Origin: Mycobacteriales bacterium
GTDB taxonomy: Bacteria; Actinomycetota; Actinomycetes; BP-191
Length of the DNA: 64,000 nucleotides
NCBI GenBank assembly: GCA_035536235.1
Contig: DATLOQ010000119.1
Location: forward strand, 9-64,008
Direction: 5' to 3'
Below are positions 41,871 to 50,753 of this stretch, piece after piece. The position numbers and the translations under genes were made by a program. Under the pieces are notes generated by a model that was given only the letters and a program-made list of their open reading frames with translations, made no database searches and was not told the DNA's origin. Positions within the stretch are counted from its first letter, which is position 1; every line of letters starts with the position of its first letter.

Positions 41871-42976
41871 CCAACCGGCACCGGGCGCCCACGCCAGCCG
41901 ACCGGCCGGCCGCGGTGACGCAGCCACCTGGCCTGCGCGTGGTGCACAGCCAGCAGCAGATCGGTGAGGGGGGAGAGTGCGGCTGGCCAGACCGGCTGCC
42001 GGGCGCGCGCTCGGGCCGCGCCGTCGGTCACCACCTGCGCCGCGACCGCGACAGCGGCGAGCCGGCGGGTCGACGTCGAGCGGGACTGCAGGAGCGCGAC
42101 CGGCGCGAACCCCAGGGCTGCCGCGGCCGCGCCCGCTGGCCACGGGCCGGACCGGACCGCGGAAGTGTTCTTCAGCAGCCCCACCCAGCAAGCGCGGGCG
42201 TCGTCATACATCTGCGCGGAGTAGCCGTCGAGAGTTGTCGCGAGCACCACCTGCCCACCGTGTGCTTTCACCAGCCGGGCGAGCGCGACGTCCTCGACGA
42301 CCTGGTCAGCGACGGCGAGGTGCCCGCCGACGGCGTTGTAGACGCTACGGCGGATCAGCAGGCAGGGGCCCGCGGCGAAAGCTGCCGACGACGTCGGGTC
42401 GGCGATGAGATCCGGGTCGTGCCGCCGCGCGACGGCCAGGCCGACGGCCGGCAGCAGCCACCCGCTGAGGGGGTCCACGGTGACCAGCCGACCGACGGCG
42501 CTGACCAGGTCGGCGTCGCGCTCGTCGGCGGCGCGCAGCAGTCGGTTCAGCAGGTCCGGCGCCACCCGTACATCAGCATCGACGAACCACAGCCACTCCC
42601 CCCGCGCCGTCGCAGCACCCGCCGCGCAGGCCACCGGCTTGCCGAGCTGTCCCACCTGCGGGCCGGGGGAAGGCAGGACCCGGACTGAGGGGCCGGCTCG
42701 GCTCGCCGCCAGCGCGGTGCCGTCGCGCGAGGCGTCGTCCACCACCACGACCTCGGTGAGGTCGGGTCCGGAGAGGCACAGAGCCTCCAGGCACTCGGCG
42801 ATGTGGCGAGCCTCGTCTCGGGCCGGCACGACGGCGCTCACCGTGGTGATCCGGGGGCGGTCGGGGGGCGCCACCAGTCGATGCCGGGCTGCGCCGAACC
42901 GAGCCAGCCGACGAACGCGGTACGCCGTGAACCCGATCGAGGCGGCGGTCACCACGGCTCGCGGGTCGGCGAGCAT
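41867..42976 (-). CDS. Family-2 glycosyltransferase, paralog of 24642..25787
   Basis: ORF trimmed to ATG 42976, which overlaps the crtYd stop (ATGA). VSAVVPARDEA...VVVVDDASRDGT, WFVDADV, VVEDVALAR. Confidence 0.75.
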   Translation of the reverse strand: MLADPRAVVTAASIGFTAYRVRRLARFGAARHRLVAPPDRPRITTVSAVVPARDEARHIAECLEALCLSGPDLTEVVVVDDASRDGTALAASRAGPSVRVLPSPGPQVGQLGKPVACAAGAATARGEWLWFVDADVRVAPDLLNRLLRAADERDADLVSAVGRLVTVDPLSGWLLPAVGLAVARRHDPDLIADPTSSAAFAAGPCLLIRRSVYNAVGGHLAVADQVVEDVALARLVKAHGGQVVLATTLDGYSAQMYDDARACWVGLLKNTSAVRSGPWPAGAAAAALGFAPVALLQSRSTSTRRLAAVAVAAQVVTDGAARARARQPVWPAALSPLTDLLLAVHHAQARWLRHRGRPVGWRGRPVPVG

Positions 42977-43296
42977 CACCCCCGCGGGCGTCCGGCACGT
43001 GCCGCTTCGCGGCGGCCCAGCCACACCCACCACAGCAGCGTCTGCACGACCAGCGCGAAGCCGAAGAGCAGGTCCTCGACGGGTGCGTAGACGATGCGCA
43101 CTCCGAGGATGGCGTCATCGTCGTAGGTCACGATGTCGCGGCCGGTGAGGACTCCGTTGGTGATCAGCTGGAAGAAGATGACGATGGCGTAGGACACCCA
43201 GAAGATGCGCCGGCGGAGCAGACCGGTGCGCAGCACCAAGACCTCGAGCAGCAGCGTCAGGACGACGCCGAGCGAAGCGGCGGCGGTGTAGGTCAC
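42976..43296 (-). CDS. crtYd: Lycopene cyclase domain protein, second subunit of a heterodimeric cyclase
   Basis: About 106 aa from GTG 43296, which overlaps the crtYc stop (GTGA). Three TM helices, PVEDLLFGFAL motif. Which subunit is Yc and which is Yd is a guess. Confidence 0.7.
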   Translation of the reverse strand: MTYTAAASLGVVLTLLLEVLVLRTGLLRRRIFWVSYAIVIFFQLITNGVLTGRDIVTYDDDAILGVRIVYAPVEDLLFGFALVVQTLLWWVWLGRREAARAGRPRG

Positions 43297-43637
43297 CCGC
43301 TCGCCCCTTCGTCGCCGCCGCGCCAACCGGTGGCCGCGCGCACCGCTTCGAAGGTGAGGATGGCGCAGGTAGGGATCACCAGGAAGAAGAGCAGCTCCTC
43401 GAGCGGCAGGTTGCCGGGCAGGGTGATCCCGCTGGTCTGCTCCGGGTCATAGCTCCAGTGGCCGCGGGCAATCGCCCAGACGTCCCAGAGGACGAAGACG
43501 GTGACGACGGGGAGGAGGGCGAGCAGCCAACGCCGAGGTCGGCGGTAGACCCGCGTGTGGTAGTAGAACTCCAGCGGCAACGTGCCCAAGGCGCACGCCG
43601 CGAGCACCAGGAGGTAGGCCGCCTTCACGGCCAACAT
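43293..43637 (-). CDS. crtYc: Lycopene cyclase domain protein, first subunit
   Basis: 114 aa. DVWAIARGHWSY and PLEELLFFLVIP motifs, three TM helices. Confidence 0.75.
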   Translation of the reverse strand: MLAVKAAYLLVLAACALGTLPLEFYYHTRVYRRPRRWLLALLPVVTVFVLWDVWAIARGHWSYDPEQTSGITLPGNLPLEELLFFLVIPTCAILTFEAVRAATGWRGGDEGASG

Positions 43638-43688
43638 CCTCGCCTACGACGGCGCTCCCTGCGGAACCGACGTACCGGTGCGCCTCGT

Positions 43689-43694
43689 TAGACT
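43689..43694 (+). promoter_or_regulatory. -10-like hexamer TAGACT upstream of the Tat lipoprotein gene
   Basis: GTTAGACTGAAGACCTACTGCTTCAGACCTCAGGAGATCCGTG. The hexamer is followed by a small CTGAAG/CTTCAG hairpin and an AGGAG ribosome-binding site. Confidence 0.35.
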
Positions 43695-43726
43695 GAAGAC
43701 CTACTGCTTCAGACCTCAGGAGATCC

Positions 43727-44617
43727 GTGGACCGTCGGCAGTTCCTCCTGCTCAGCGCCATCGGGGCTGGCGCCCCCATCCTGGCGGGCTGCTCGAGCGA
43801 CGACGATCCCGCTGAGCCCGCGAAGGAGAGCAAAGGGGGCGCCAGCCTCCAGGACATCGCCCCCGACGCGGCCAAGGGTCTCCAGCTGCTCGACGCACAG
43901 CCCGAGCTGGTCGTCGGCACATCCCGCTACTCGTTCGGCCTGCTGGACCCCGACGGCAAGCCGCTGACCGACGCTGACGTCACCCTCTACGCGGGCCCGG
44001 ACCCGGCTGGGCGGGCGCAGGCGACGGTGCCGGCCACCTGGCTGCAGGGCGGCGTCGCGGACAAGGCCATCTACGTCGCGCAAGTGCCCTTCACCAAGGC
44101 GGGCCCGTACTTCCTCGCGGCCGTCGCGAAGACCAAGGAAGGCGCGCGCATCAAGGGCGGTGTGCAGGTGCAAGTCGCCGCGACGTCGGCGTCACCGCTG
44201 CCCGGGCAGCCCGCCATCTCGGTGCCGACGCCGGTCGCCAGCCGCCTCGACGGCGCCGACCCGCTGTGCAGCCGTAAGCCGGTGTGCACGATGCACGAGG
44301 TTTCCCTCGATGCCGCCCTGGCCGGGGGGAAGCCGGTGGTCGTCACGTTCTCCGCGCCGGCCTTCTGCGCCACCGAGACCTGCGGTCCCGTGGTCGACAT
44401 CGTCGAGGCGCAGAAGCAGCGCGGCGACACGTCGGTGACCTACGTGCATGTGGAGGCCTACCGCAAGAAGGGCGCGGAGCTCGCACCGGCGCTGAAGGCC
44501 TGGAAGTTCGCCACCGAGCCGTGGACCTACATCGTCGACGCCAAGGGCGTGGTGGTCGATCGGCTGGCCGGCGCCATTGGCGCCGAGGAGCTCACCGCAG
44601 CCGTCGCCAAGCTCTGA
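43727..44617 (+). CDS. Tat-signal lipoprotein with a C-terminal thioredoxin-like (redoxin) domain
   Basis: 296 aa. MDRRQFLLLSAIGAGAPILAGCSS (twin-Arg motif plus lipobox). C-terminal VVVTFSAPAFCATETCGPVVD. Confidence 0.6.
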   Translation: MDRRQFLLLSAIGAGAPILAGCSSDDDPAEPAKESKGGASLQDIAPDAAKGLQLLDAQPELVVGTSRYSFGLLDPDGKPLTDADVTLYAGPDPAGRAQATVPATWLQGGVADKAIYVAQVPFTKAGPYFLAAVAKTKEGARIKGGVQVQVAATSASPLPGQPAISVPTPVASRLDGADPLCSRKPVCTMHEVSLDAALAGGKPVVVTFSAPAFCATETCGPVVDIVEAQKQRGDTSVTYVHVEAYRKKGAELAPALKAWKFATEPWTYIVDAKGVVVDRLAGAIGAEELTAAVAKL

Positions 44618-44619
44618 CG

Positions 44620-45312
44620 TCAGGGTCGGTCGCGAAGCCGGGCGGCTAGGTCCCGGGTGGCTGCCGCAGGGTCAGCCGCTTCGGTGATCGCGCGTACGAC
44701 GACGACCCGTCGTGCGCCGTGCGCCAGCACTTCATCGATCGTGGTGAGGTCGATGCCGCCGATGGCGAACCACGGCCGGGTCGCCGGATCGTCCGGCGGC
44801 CAGCGTCGTACCGCATGGTCGAGCAGCGCGAGCCCAGCCGCAGGTCGGCCCGGCTTGGTCGGGGTCGCCCACGTGGGCCCCACGCAGAAGTAGTCGACAC
44901 CCGACGCGACGGCAGCCGCATCGACCTCTGCCGGCGAGTGGCTGGACAAGCCGAGGAGCACGTCCGCACCAAGCACGTCCCGGGCGAGCGACACCGGCAG
45001 GTCGCCCTGTCCCAGGTGCAGGATGTCGGGCCGCGCGCCGAGCGCCACGTCAGCTCGGTCGTTGACGCTCCACAGCCGCCCGTGCCGCTCAGCGGCTGCC
45101 GCGACGACCCGACACAGCTCGAGCTCCTGCCCCGCCTCCATCCCCTTCTCCCGCAGCTGTACGACGTCGACACCGGCCGCGAGCACGCTGTCGAGGAACG
45201 CGGCCAGGTCCCCCTGCTCCCGGCGGGCTCCGGTGCACAGGTAGAGCCGGGCGTCAGCCAGCAGGGCGAGCCGCTCCGACCTCGAGTGCGACGGCAGCTC
45301 AGCCACCGGCAA
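44620..45312 (-). CDS. thiE: Thiamine-phosphate synthase
   Basis: 230 aa. [17 protein letters not shown] and FAIGGI blocks. No ATG is available. Start is TTG 45312 or GTG 45306, overlapping the thiS end. Confidence 0.85.
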   Translation of the reverse strand: MPVAELPSHSRSERLALLADARLYLCTGARREQGDLAAFLDSVLAAGVDVVQLREKGMEAGQELELCRVVAAAAERHGRLWSVNDRADVALGARPDILHLGQGDLPVSLARDVLGADVLLGLSSHSPAEVDAAAVASGVDYFCVGPTWATPTKPGRPAAGLALLDHAVRRWPPDDPATRPWFAIGGIDLTTIDEVLAHGARRVVVVRAITEAADPAAATRDLAARLRDRP

Positions 45313-45499
45313 CCGCTCGGATGACCTCGATCACGTCGCCGTCCGCGAGACGCACCGTGTCGATCTCACTGCGCAGGAGCGCCTCGCCGTTGCGCTCGAC
45401 GACGACCCAGCCGGCGCCCAGGCCCATGGCCCGGACCAGATCTCCGGCCGACGACCCAGGAGCGAGCTCTCTCGGCTCGCCATTGACCACGGCAGTCAT
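45299..45499 (-). CDS. thiS: Sulfur-carrier protein ThiS
   Basis: 66 aa from ATG 45499, ending ...[11 protein letters not shown] (C-terminal Gly-Gly). Confidence 0.85.
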   Translation of the reverse strand: MTAVVNGEPRELAPGSSAGDLVRAMGLGAGWVVVERNGEALLRSEIDTVRLADGDVIEVIRAVAGG

Positions 45500-45507
45500 C
45501 ACGAGAG

Positions 45508-45879
45508 TCAGAACCCGAGAGCCTGAGCGCGGCGCTTGACCTCGGTGCCGCGGTTCTCGACCAGCGCCTGCACCGGGGAGCCGGGCAGCGAGTCATCTTC
45601 CGTGTAGAGCCACCGCAGCATCTCCAGCTCGGTGTAGCGCGCGTCGCGCAGCAGGTTGAGGACGCTGGGCAGGCTCTTGAGCACCTGCCCGCCGCCGACG
45701 AAGTCGGCAGGGATCGACAGCGGCTCGCCCTCGCCACGACGTATCGCGATCAGCGATCCGTCGCGCACGAGCTGACGTACCCGGGTGACCTCGAGGTTCA
45801 TGGCTTCGGCGACGTCCGGCAGGGTCACCCAGCTGCCGACCAGCTCCCACAGCTCATCGACTGTCGGCTCGCCTGTCAC
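45508..45879 (-). CDS. Rv2175c-like DNA-binding protein (wHTH)
   Basis: 123 aa. GTG 45879 lies 6 nt after GAGGAGG. WVTLPDVAEAMNLEVTRVRQLVRDGSLIAIRRGE and a C-terminal WLYTEDDSLPGSPVQAL, like the M. tuberculosis Rv2175c family as I recall it. Confidence 0.7.
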   Translation of the reverse strand: MTGEPTVDELWELVGSWVTLPDVAEAMNLEVTRVRQLVRDGSLIAIRRGEGEPLSIPADFVGGGQVLKSLPSVLNLLRDARYTELEMLRWLYTEDDSLPGSPVQALVENRGTEVKRRAQALGF

Positions 45880-45907
45880 GTCGGTCCTCCTCGTTGCTGC
45901 TCAGCTG

Positions 45908-47050
45908 TCAGGGAAGCGCGGGCTCGGCGCGCAGCGGGAACGCGTCCTTCCACACCGGCTCGTAGCCCGCGGCGACGAGCATCGCAGCGACCTGCGCGGG
46001 GGTGCGGTCGTCGGCGATGCTGAACTGCTCCTGGCTCTCTCCCGGGTGCGCGTAGCCGCCCGGCTCGGTGGAGCTGCCGGCGCTCATCGAGGTGACTGCG
46101 ATGCGCACCAGGCCATCCCTCAGCGCCGCCGGCTCACGGGTGGAGAGCACGATGCCCGCGTCCGGCGCGGCGAGGCGAAGTGCGGCCATCGCCTGCACGT
46201 ATTCGGCGTCGGAGACGGCCACTACCGGCTGGAACCCGGAGGCGCTCGGCTTGATCCGGGGCAGCGCCACCGTCACCTCGGTCCGCCAGTAGCGCTGAGA
46301 CAGCCAGGCGGCGTGGCTCGCGACAGAGATGACGTCGGCGCGCCAGTCCGGCGCGAGCCCGAGGAGCGCACCCACCCCCAGACGGCGTACGCCGGACGCG
46401 GCCGCCCGCTCCACCGCGACGAGCCGGCGGTAGAAGTCGCGCTTCCACCCGGCGAGGTGCACCTCGGCGTAGCGACTCCGGTCGTAGGTCTCCTGGTAGT
46501 GCACCACGCCTTCTACGCCGGCATCGACGAGTCTCGCGTAGGTGTCGTCGCTCCACGTCTGGGTCTCGATCGACACCGACGCGACCCCCGAGTCGAGCGC
46601 CCGGACAACCTCAACCAGGTAGTCGGCGCTGACCTCGACCCGGTGCTCGCCGCTGACCAGCAGCAGGTGCCGGAAACCGCGCCCCACCAGCAGAGTGGAC
46701 TCGGCTGCGACCTCGGCCGGGGTGAGTGTCCGGCGTAGGACGTCGAGGTCCTTGGCGAAGCCGCAGTAGGTGCAGGTCGACAGGCAGGCGTTGGAGACGT
46801 ACAGCGGCGCGAAGAGGCGCACCGCCCGACCGAAGCGCTGCAACGTCAGCGCGCCAGCGGCCTGCGCCAGCTCCTCCAGACGCAGGCCGGCGGCCGGTGA
46901 GAGGAGCACTGCCAGCTCAGCTGGTCCGCGCTGCTCCACCGCGAGAGCCCTGTCCACGTCAGCATCGGTGGCGCTGCGGGAGCTGGCCGCGAGCCCAGTG
47001 GCGTCGAGCGTGGCGAGCTCCCGCGCAAAACCCCCGGCGGTCTCGCTCAC
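45908..47050 (-). CDS. thiH: 2-iminoacetate synthase (tyrosine lyase, radical SAM)
   Basis: 380 aa. Radical-SAM cluster motif [10 protein letters not shown]. ThiH-like C-terminus [11 protein letters not shown]...[13 protein letters not shown]. The start overlaps the thiG stop as GTGA. Confidence 0.8.
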   Translation of the reverse strand: MSETAGGFARELATLDATGLAASSRSATDADVDRALAVEQRGPAELAVLLSPAAGLRLEELAQAAGALTLQRFGRAVRLFAPLYVSNACLSTCTYCGFAKDLDVLRRTLTPAEVAAESTLLVGRGFRHLLLVSGEHRVEVSADYLVEVVRALDSGVASVSIETQTWSDDTYARLVDAGVEGVVHYQETYDRSRYAEVHLAGWKRDFYRRLVAVERAAASGVRRLGVGALLGLAPDWRADVISVASHAAWLSQRYWRTEVTVALPRIKPSASGFQPVVAVSDAEYVQAMAALRLAAPDAGIVLSTREPAALRDGLVRIAVTSMSAGSSTEPGGYAHPGESQEQFSIADDRTPAQVAAMLVAAGYEPVWKDAFPLRAEPALP

Positions 47051-47844
47051 TGGAGGAAGCCGGTCAGCGGCGACGAGGCCTCGGCGTCACGACGCGGCGC
47101 TGCCCGCCCGGCGAGATAGCCGAGGCGTCCCGCCCGTGTGGCCAGGGCGAAGCCGCGCGCCATGGCGATCGGATCACGGGCGACAGCGATCGCGGTGTTG
47201 ACGAGTACGGCGGCGGCGCCGATCTCCATCGCCTCGGCCGCGTCGCTCGGCACGCCGAGGCCGGCGTCGACAATCACCGGCACCCCCGCCTGCTCGACGA
47301 TGATCTCGACGGCGTCGCGGGTGCGCAGCCCCCGGTTGGAGCCGATCCACGAGCCGAGCGGCATGACCGTCGCGCAGCCCGCCTCCTCCAGCCGCCGGCA
47401 CAGGATCGGGTCGGCGCTGCAGTAGGGCAGCACGGTGAAGCCGTCGGCGACGAGGATCTCGGCGGCCCGGAGCGTCTCGATCGGATCGGGCGTGAGCCAC
47501 CGCGGGTCCGGGGTGACCTCGAGCTTGACCAGCTCACCCAAGTTACCGGCGCGGGCCAGCCGGGCGAGGCGCACCGCCTCCTCCGCGGTCACCGCCCCGG
47601 ACGTGTTGGGCAGCAGGGTGCAGCGGGTGAGATCGAGGAAGTCGAGGATGTCGCCCTCGCCGCTGCGGGAGGGGTCCACCCGGCGTAGCGCGACGGTGAC
47701 GAGCTCCGAGCCGGACGCGTCGAGCGCATCGCGCATGACGGCGTGGGAGGCGAACTTGCCGGTGCCGGTGAGCAGCCGGGAGGTGAAGCGGTGCCCACCG
47801 ATCACCAGCGGGTCAACGTCGTCAAGCACCGGGTCGTCGTCCAT
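47047..47844 (-). CDS. thiG: Thiazole synthase
   Basis: ORF 47047..47862, trimmed to ATG 47844 (MDDDPVLDD). [43 protein letters not shown]. Confidence 0.9.
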   Translation of the reverse strand: MDDDPVLDDVDPLVIGGHRFTSRLLTGTGKFASHAVMRDALDASGSELVTVALRRVDPSRSGEGDILDFLDLTRCTLLPNTSGAVTAEEAVRLARLARAGNLGELVKLEVTPDPRWLTPDPIETLRAAEILVADGFTVLPYCSADPILCRRLEEAGCATVMPLGSWIGSNRGLRTRDAVEIIVEQAGVPVIVDAGLGVPSDAAEAMEIGAAAVLVNTAIAVARDPIAMARGFALATRAGRLGYLAGRAAPRRDAEASSPLTGFLQ

Positions 47845-47855
47845 GCGGTCAGCGC

Positions 47856-47946
47856 TCCCCACGCGGGCATTACCCCGATCGGGTGGCGGGTCGCCGGCGG
47901 GTCCAGCCGGCCTCTCAGCCCGATTCCTCGAGCTCCCCGGTGTACG
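47856..47946 (-). ncRNA. TPP (THI-box) riboswitch in the thiG leader
   Basis: Minus strand: ...CACCGGGGAGCUCGAGGAAUCGGGCUGAGAGGCCGGCUGGACCCGCCGGCGACCCGCCACCCGAUCGGGGUAAUGCCCGCGUGGGGAG... It contains the GGGGNGC, GCUGAGA, ACCC and ACCYGAUC-GGNUAAUNCC-GCG-GGGA blocks of the TPP aptamer. A TAGACT -10 hexamer lies at 47958..47953. Confidence 0.8.
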
Positions 47947-48046
47947 CCGACAAGTCTAACCGGAAGATATTGACGCGGCCTGGGCGGAGGACTAGAACGC
48001 GGTCGATGCGGCAGGGCCGCTGCCGCCTGCCCCTGAGGAGGGTCCC

Positions 48047-48844
48047 ATGGCCGACAGCCCCGACGTGACCTTGATCCGAAAGGTTTTCCAGGCGGCCGCG
48101 GCTGGCGATGTGCGAGTGCTGCGGGAGGTGATCGCCCCCGACTGCGCCCAGCACATCCCGGGCAACTCGCCGATCGGCGGGGAGACCAAGGGCCGCGACG
48201 CAGTCCTGGAGACCCTCAACCGGCGGGCCGAGCTGACCGACGGGACGTTCCAGGCGGCGCCCGAGCTGATCCTCGAGAACGGCCGCGGACTGGTCACGGC
48301 AGTGTCACGCATCACCGCGAAGCGGGATCGCAAAAAGCTCGATGCCCGCAGCGCCCAGGTGTTCCAGATCGTCGACGGGAAGATCGAGGACATCCGTCTC
48401 CTCAGCAACGACCTGGACACCGTGAACGCCTTCTTCGGCGGCACGAAGGTCGCAGCCAGCAAGGACGTCGCAACCGTCCGCAAGGGCTACGCCGCATTCG
48501 GCAAGGGCGACCTGGGCACGCTCCGCAAGCTGTTCGCTCCCGATGTCGTCCACCGGGTTGGCGGCAACTCGACGCTCACCGGTGACTACGAGGGGCCGGA
48601 CGCCGTCCTCGAGCTGTACGGCCGGATCGCGGAGGAGTCCCACAGCACGTTCACCGCTGACCTCGAGGAGGTCTTCGAGGACCGCAACGGTCACGTGCTC
48701 AGCCTGCACCGGGAGCGCGCGGAACGAAACGGTCGGCAGCACGACCAGCGGCACATCCTGCTCTTCACTTTCCTCGGCGGGCTGATTCTCTCGCTGGAGG
48801 AGTGCGCTGAGGACCTGAAGGCCGAGGACGCGTTCTGGGCGTAG
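48047..48844 (+). CDS. Tandem SnoaL-like / NTF2-fold protein
   Basis: 265 aa with two similar halves (IRKVFQAAAAGDVRVLREVIAPDCAQHIPGNSPIGGE... and VRKGYAAFGKGDLGTLRKLFAPDVVHRVGGNSTLTGD...). GAGGAGG ribosome-binding site. Confidence 0.65.
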   Translation: MADSPDVTLIRKVFQAAAAGDVRVLREVIAPDCAQHIPGNSPIGGETKGRDAVLETLNRRAELTDGTFQAAPELILENGRGLVTAVSRITAKRDRKKLDARSAQVFQIVDGKIEDIRLLSNDLDTVNAFFGGTKVAASKDVATVRKGYAAFGKGDLGTLRKLFAPDVVHRVGGNSTLTGDYEGPDAVLELYGRIAEESHSTFTADLEEVFEDRNGHVLSLHRERAERNGRQHDQRHILLFTFLGGLILSLEECAEDLKAEDAFWA

Positions 48845-48856
48845 CCGACCTGCTGA

Positions 48857-48904
48857 CCCGGCCGCGGCCCGCGCCCGTGGGCTACGGGACCCGCCGCGGC
48901 CGGG
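48857..48904. terminator. Nested GC-rich hairpin between the convergent SnoaL-like and BNR genes
   Basis: CCCGGCCGCGG (48857..48867) pairs with CCGCGGCCGGG (48894..48904). There is an inner CCCGT/ACGGG stem. The right arm lies inside the 3' end of the minus-strand gene. Confidence 0.45.
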
Positions 48905-50342
48905 CCACCAGCGCCGGTCCGCCGCGCTGGACGGAGACGAAGGTGCCCGGCTCGGCGCGGTCACCCGGGTTCGCCTCGGCGGACCAGACGACCAGCAGCC
49001 GGCCGGAGCGGTCCAGCGCCACCCCGTAGTTGTCCACCGCCCGGCCGCAGGTCAGCCCCCCTTGCAGCCCCGAGGTCGGGCCACTGCCGCACTGGCCCAT
49101 CAGGGACTGCGCGGTGCCGCCGTACGCCGGCGCCGCTCCGACGGCCCGCCGGGTGACGACCGGCTTCGCCGACAGGGCACTGGTGACGACAGCGGCATGG
49201 AGGCGCCACAGGGGCGCCGCACCCCGGGCCGCCGTGCCGTGCAGCCAGGCGAAGGCGAGCCGGCCGGGGTCGCCCGCGATGACGTGGGGAAGGATGTTGC
49301 CCGCGTCCGCGAGCGGGGCCACCGTGACGGGCGCCGACCACCGCGTGAGGTCAGCGGGGGCATGGACGTACTTCAGCGCAGCAGTGAAGTCCGACGCGCT
49401 GCGTGACTCCGGGAAGGCGACGTAGGCGTTGCCCGCCGAGTCCAGGGTCAGGGGCGCGAACTGCATGCCCACGATCTGGCCAGTGCTCACCCGGTCCACC
49501 GCGAGCGACTGCCGCCAGGAGCCCACCGCGTTCGTCGCGGCGGTCGCCACCCACACCCGCGTCGGAGTGATGATGTTGATCTGCAGAGGGCCTGGTGCGA
49601 CGGACGCTCCGCAACCTCCGGTCGGCCCGACGGCTGCACCGCGAGTCACGAACGCGACGTAGAGCTGGCCCGTCCTCGGGTGAACGCTGAGGCTCGACGG
49701 GTAGCCGTCACCGCACTGCAGGTCGGCGAAAGCCTGCTCGCCGGGCACCGTCACCGGCACCGGCGGCCCGAAGCTCATCCCGCCGTCCGTCGAGGTCTGC
49801 ACGAAGATCCCGTGGGCGCCGAGCCCGCTTAAGAGGTTGTGCCACACCAGGTGCACTGTGGGCTTCTTGGTCATCTTGTCGACCGGGCCGACCGCGATCC
49901 ACTGGCGGTCGGTGTCAGCCAGCGTCGACAAGCCGGTCGACGGCGTCCAGCTCTCTCCGCCGTCATCGCTCCAGCTGGTGCGGAAGTTGATGCCCACCAG
50001 GTCGAGCTCGGTGGCCACCAGGCGGCCACCGGGCAGCGCCACGATGTCGACATCGATCGTCGCGGAGTCCTGGCCGGCAATCGGGCCCAGGTTGGCCCAC
50101 CTGCGACCGCCGTCGCGCGAGCCGAAGACCGTGGCGTCGCCGCCGTCCGCGTTGGTGATGGCGTACGCCGTGCCGTCTGCCGCCACGGTGATGCGCGGCT
50201 CGGTGCCGCCGGCCGCGCCGTCGAGCCGAACTGTGGAGAAGCTCAGCGCGGCAGGCACACCCGGTGCGGCGAGGGTAGGCAGCACGGCTAAGGCAGCGAC
50301 CACCGGGGCGAGCGAGGCAGCGAGCCGGGTACGCCGGGTCAT
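48882..50342 (-). CDS. Secreted BNR/Asp-box protein, paralog of 39417..41048 without an anchor
   Basis: 486 aa with a signal peptide. SRDGGRRW, SDDGGESW, STDGGMSF. Shares the TDRQW block with the LPXTG paralog. Confidence 0.6.
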   Translation of the reverse strand: MTRRTRLAASLAPVVAALAVLPTLAAPGVPAALSFSTVRLDGAAGGTEPRITVAADGTAYAITNADGGDATVFGSRDGGRRWANLGPIAGQDSATIDVDIVALPGGRLVATELDLVGINFRTSWSDDGGESWTPSTGLSTLADTDRQWIAVGPVDKMTKKPTVHLVWHNLLSGLGAHGIFVQTSTDGGMSFGPPVPVTVPGEQAFADLQCGDGYPSSLSVHPRTGQLYVAFVTRGAAVGPTGGCGASVAPGPLQINIITPTRVWVATAATNAVGSWRQSLAVDRVSTGQIVGMQFAPLTLDSAGNAYVAFPESRSASDFTAALKYVHAPADLTRWSAPVTVAPLADAGNILPHVIAGDPGRLAFAWLHGTAARGAAPLWRLHAAVVTSALSAKPVVTRRAVGAAPAYGGTAQSLMGQCGSGPTSGLQGGLTCGRAVDNYGVALDRSGRLLVVWSAEANPGDRAEPGTFVSVQRGGPALVARPRRVP

Positions 50343-50389
50343 GAGCGGGACTTCGACGCGGCCTCGGGGATTCCTGTGGCTCGGACCGG

Positions 50390-50725
50390 CTAGATGCCCG
50401 GGTCGGCCAGGCGCAGCGAGTTGAGGCGGGTCTCGACGGCGTCGATCTGAGCCACCACGCTCGCCACGGACGCGGGTACGTCGACGTCGACCGCGTCGTA
50501 CAGGAAGAGGTTGAGCACCTCGTTGGAGCCCACCGCCATGCCCACCGAGAGGGCGTACTCCCCCAAGGCGAACTCCCAGGTGAAGATCCCACCGGTCTCG
50601 TCGTCGGCCACATGACAGTAGTAGGTCAGGAACCTGTTGCCCTGCAGCGAGTAGTGGCGGACGCCGCCGCGCCCCACCGACTGGAAGACGAAGCCGACCG
50701 ACTCGAGGTCGTCGGTGAAGGACAC
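50390..50725 (-). CDS. Small hypothetical cytoplasmic protein (111 aa)
   Basis: GTG 50725 lies 8 nt after GGAG. Same strand as, and closely spaced between, the dehydrogenase and BNR genes. No family recognised. Confidence 0.45.
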   Translation of the reverse strand: MSFTDDLESVGFVFQSVGRGGVRHYSLQGNRFLTYYCHVADDETGGIFTWEFALGEYALSVGMAVGSNEVLNLFLYDAVDVDVPASVASVVAQIDAVETRLNSLRLADPGI

Positions 50726-50753
50726 GCCGGTGCTCCGTCCGTGGCTCTCGGGG

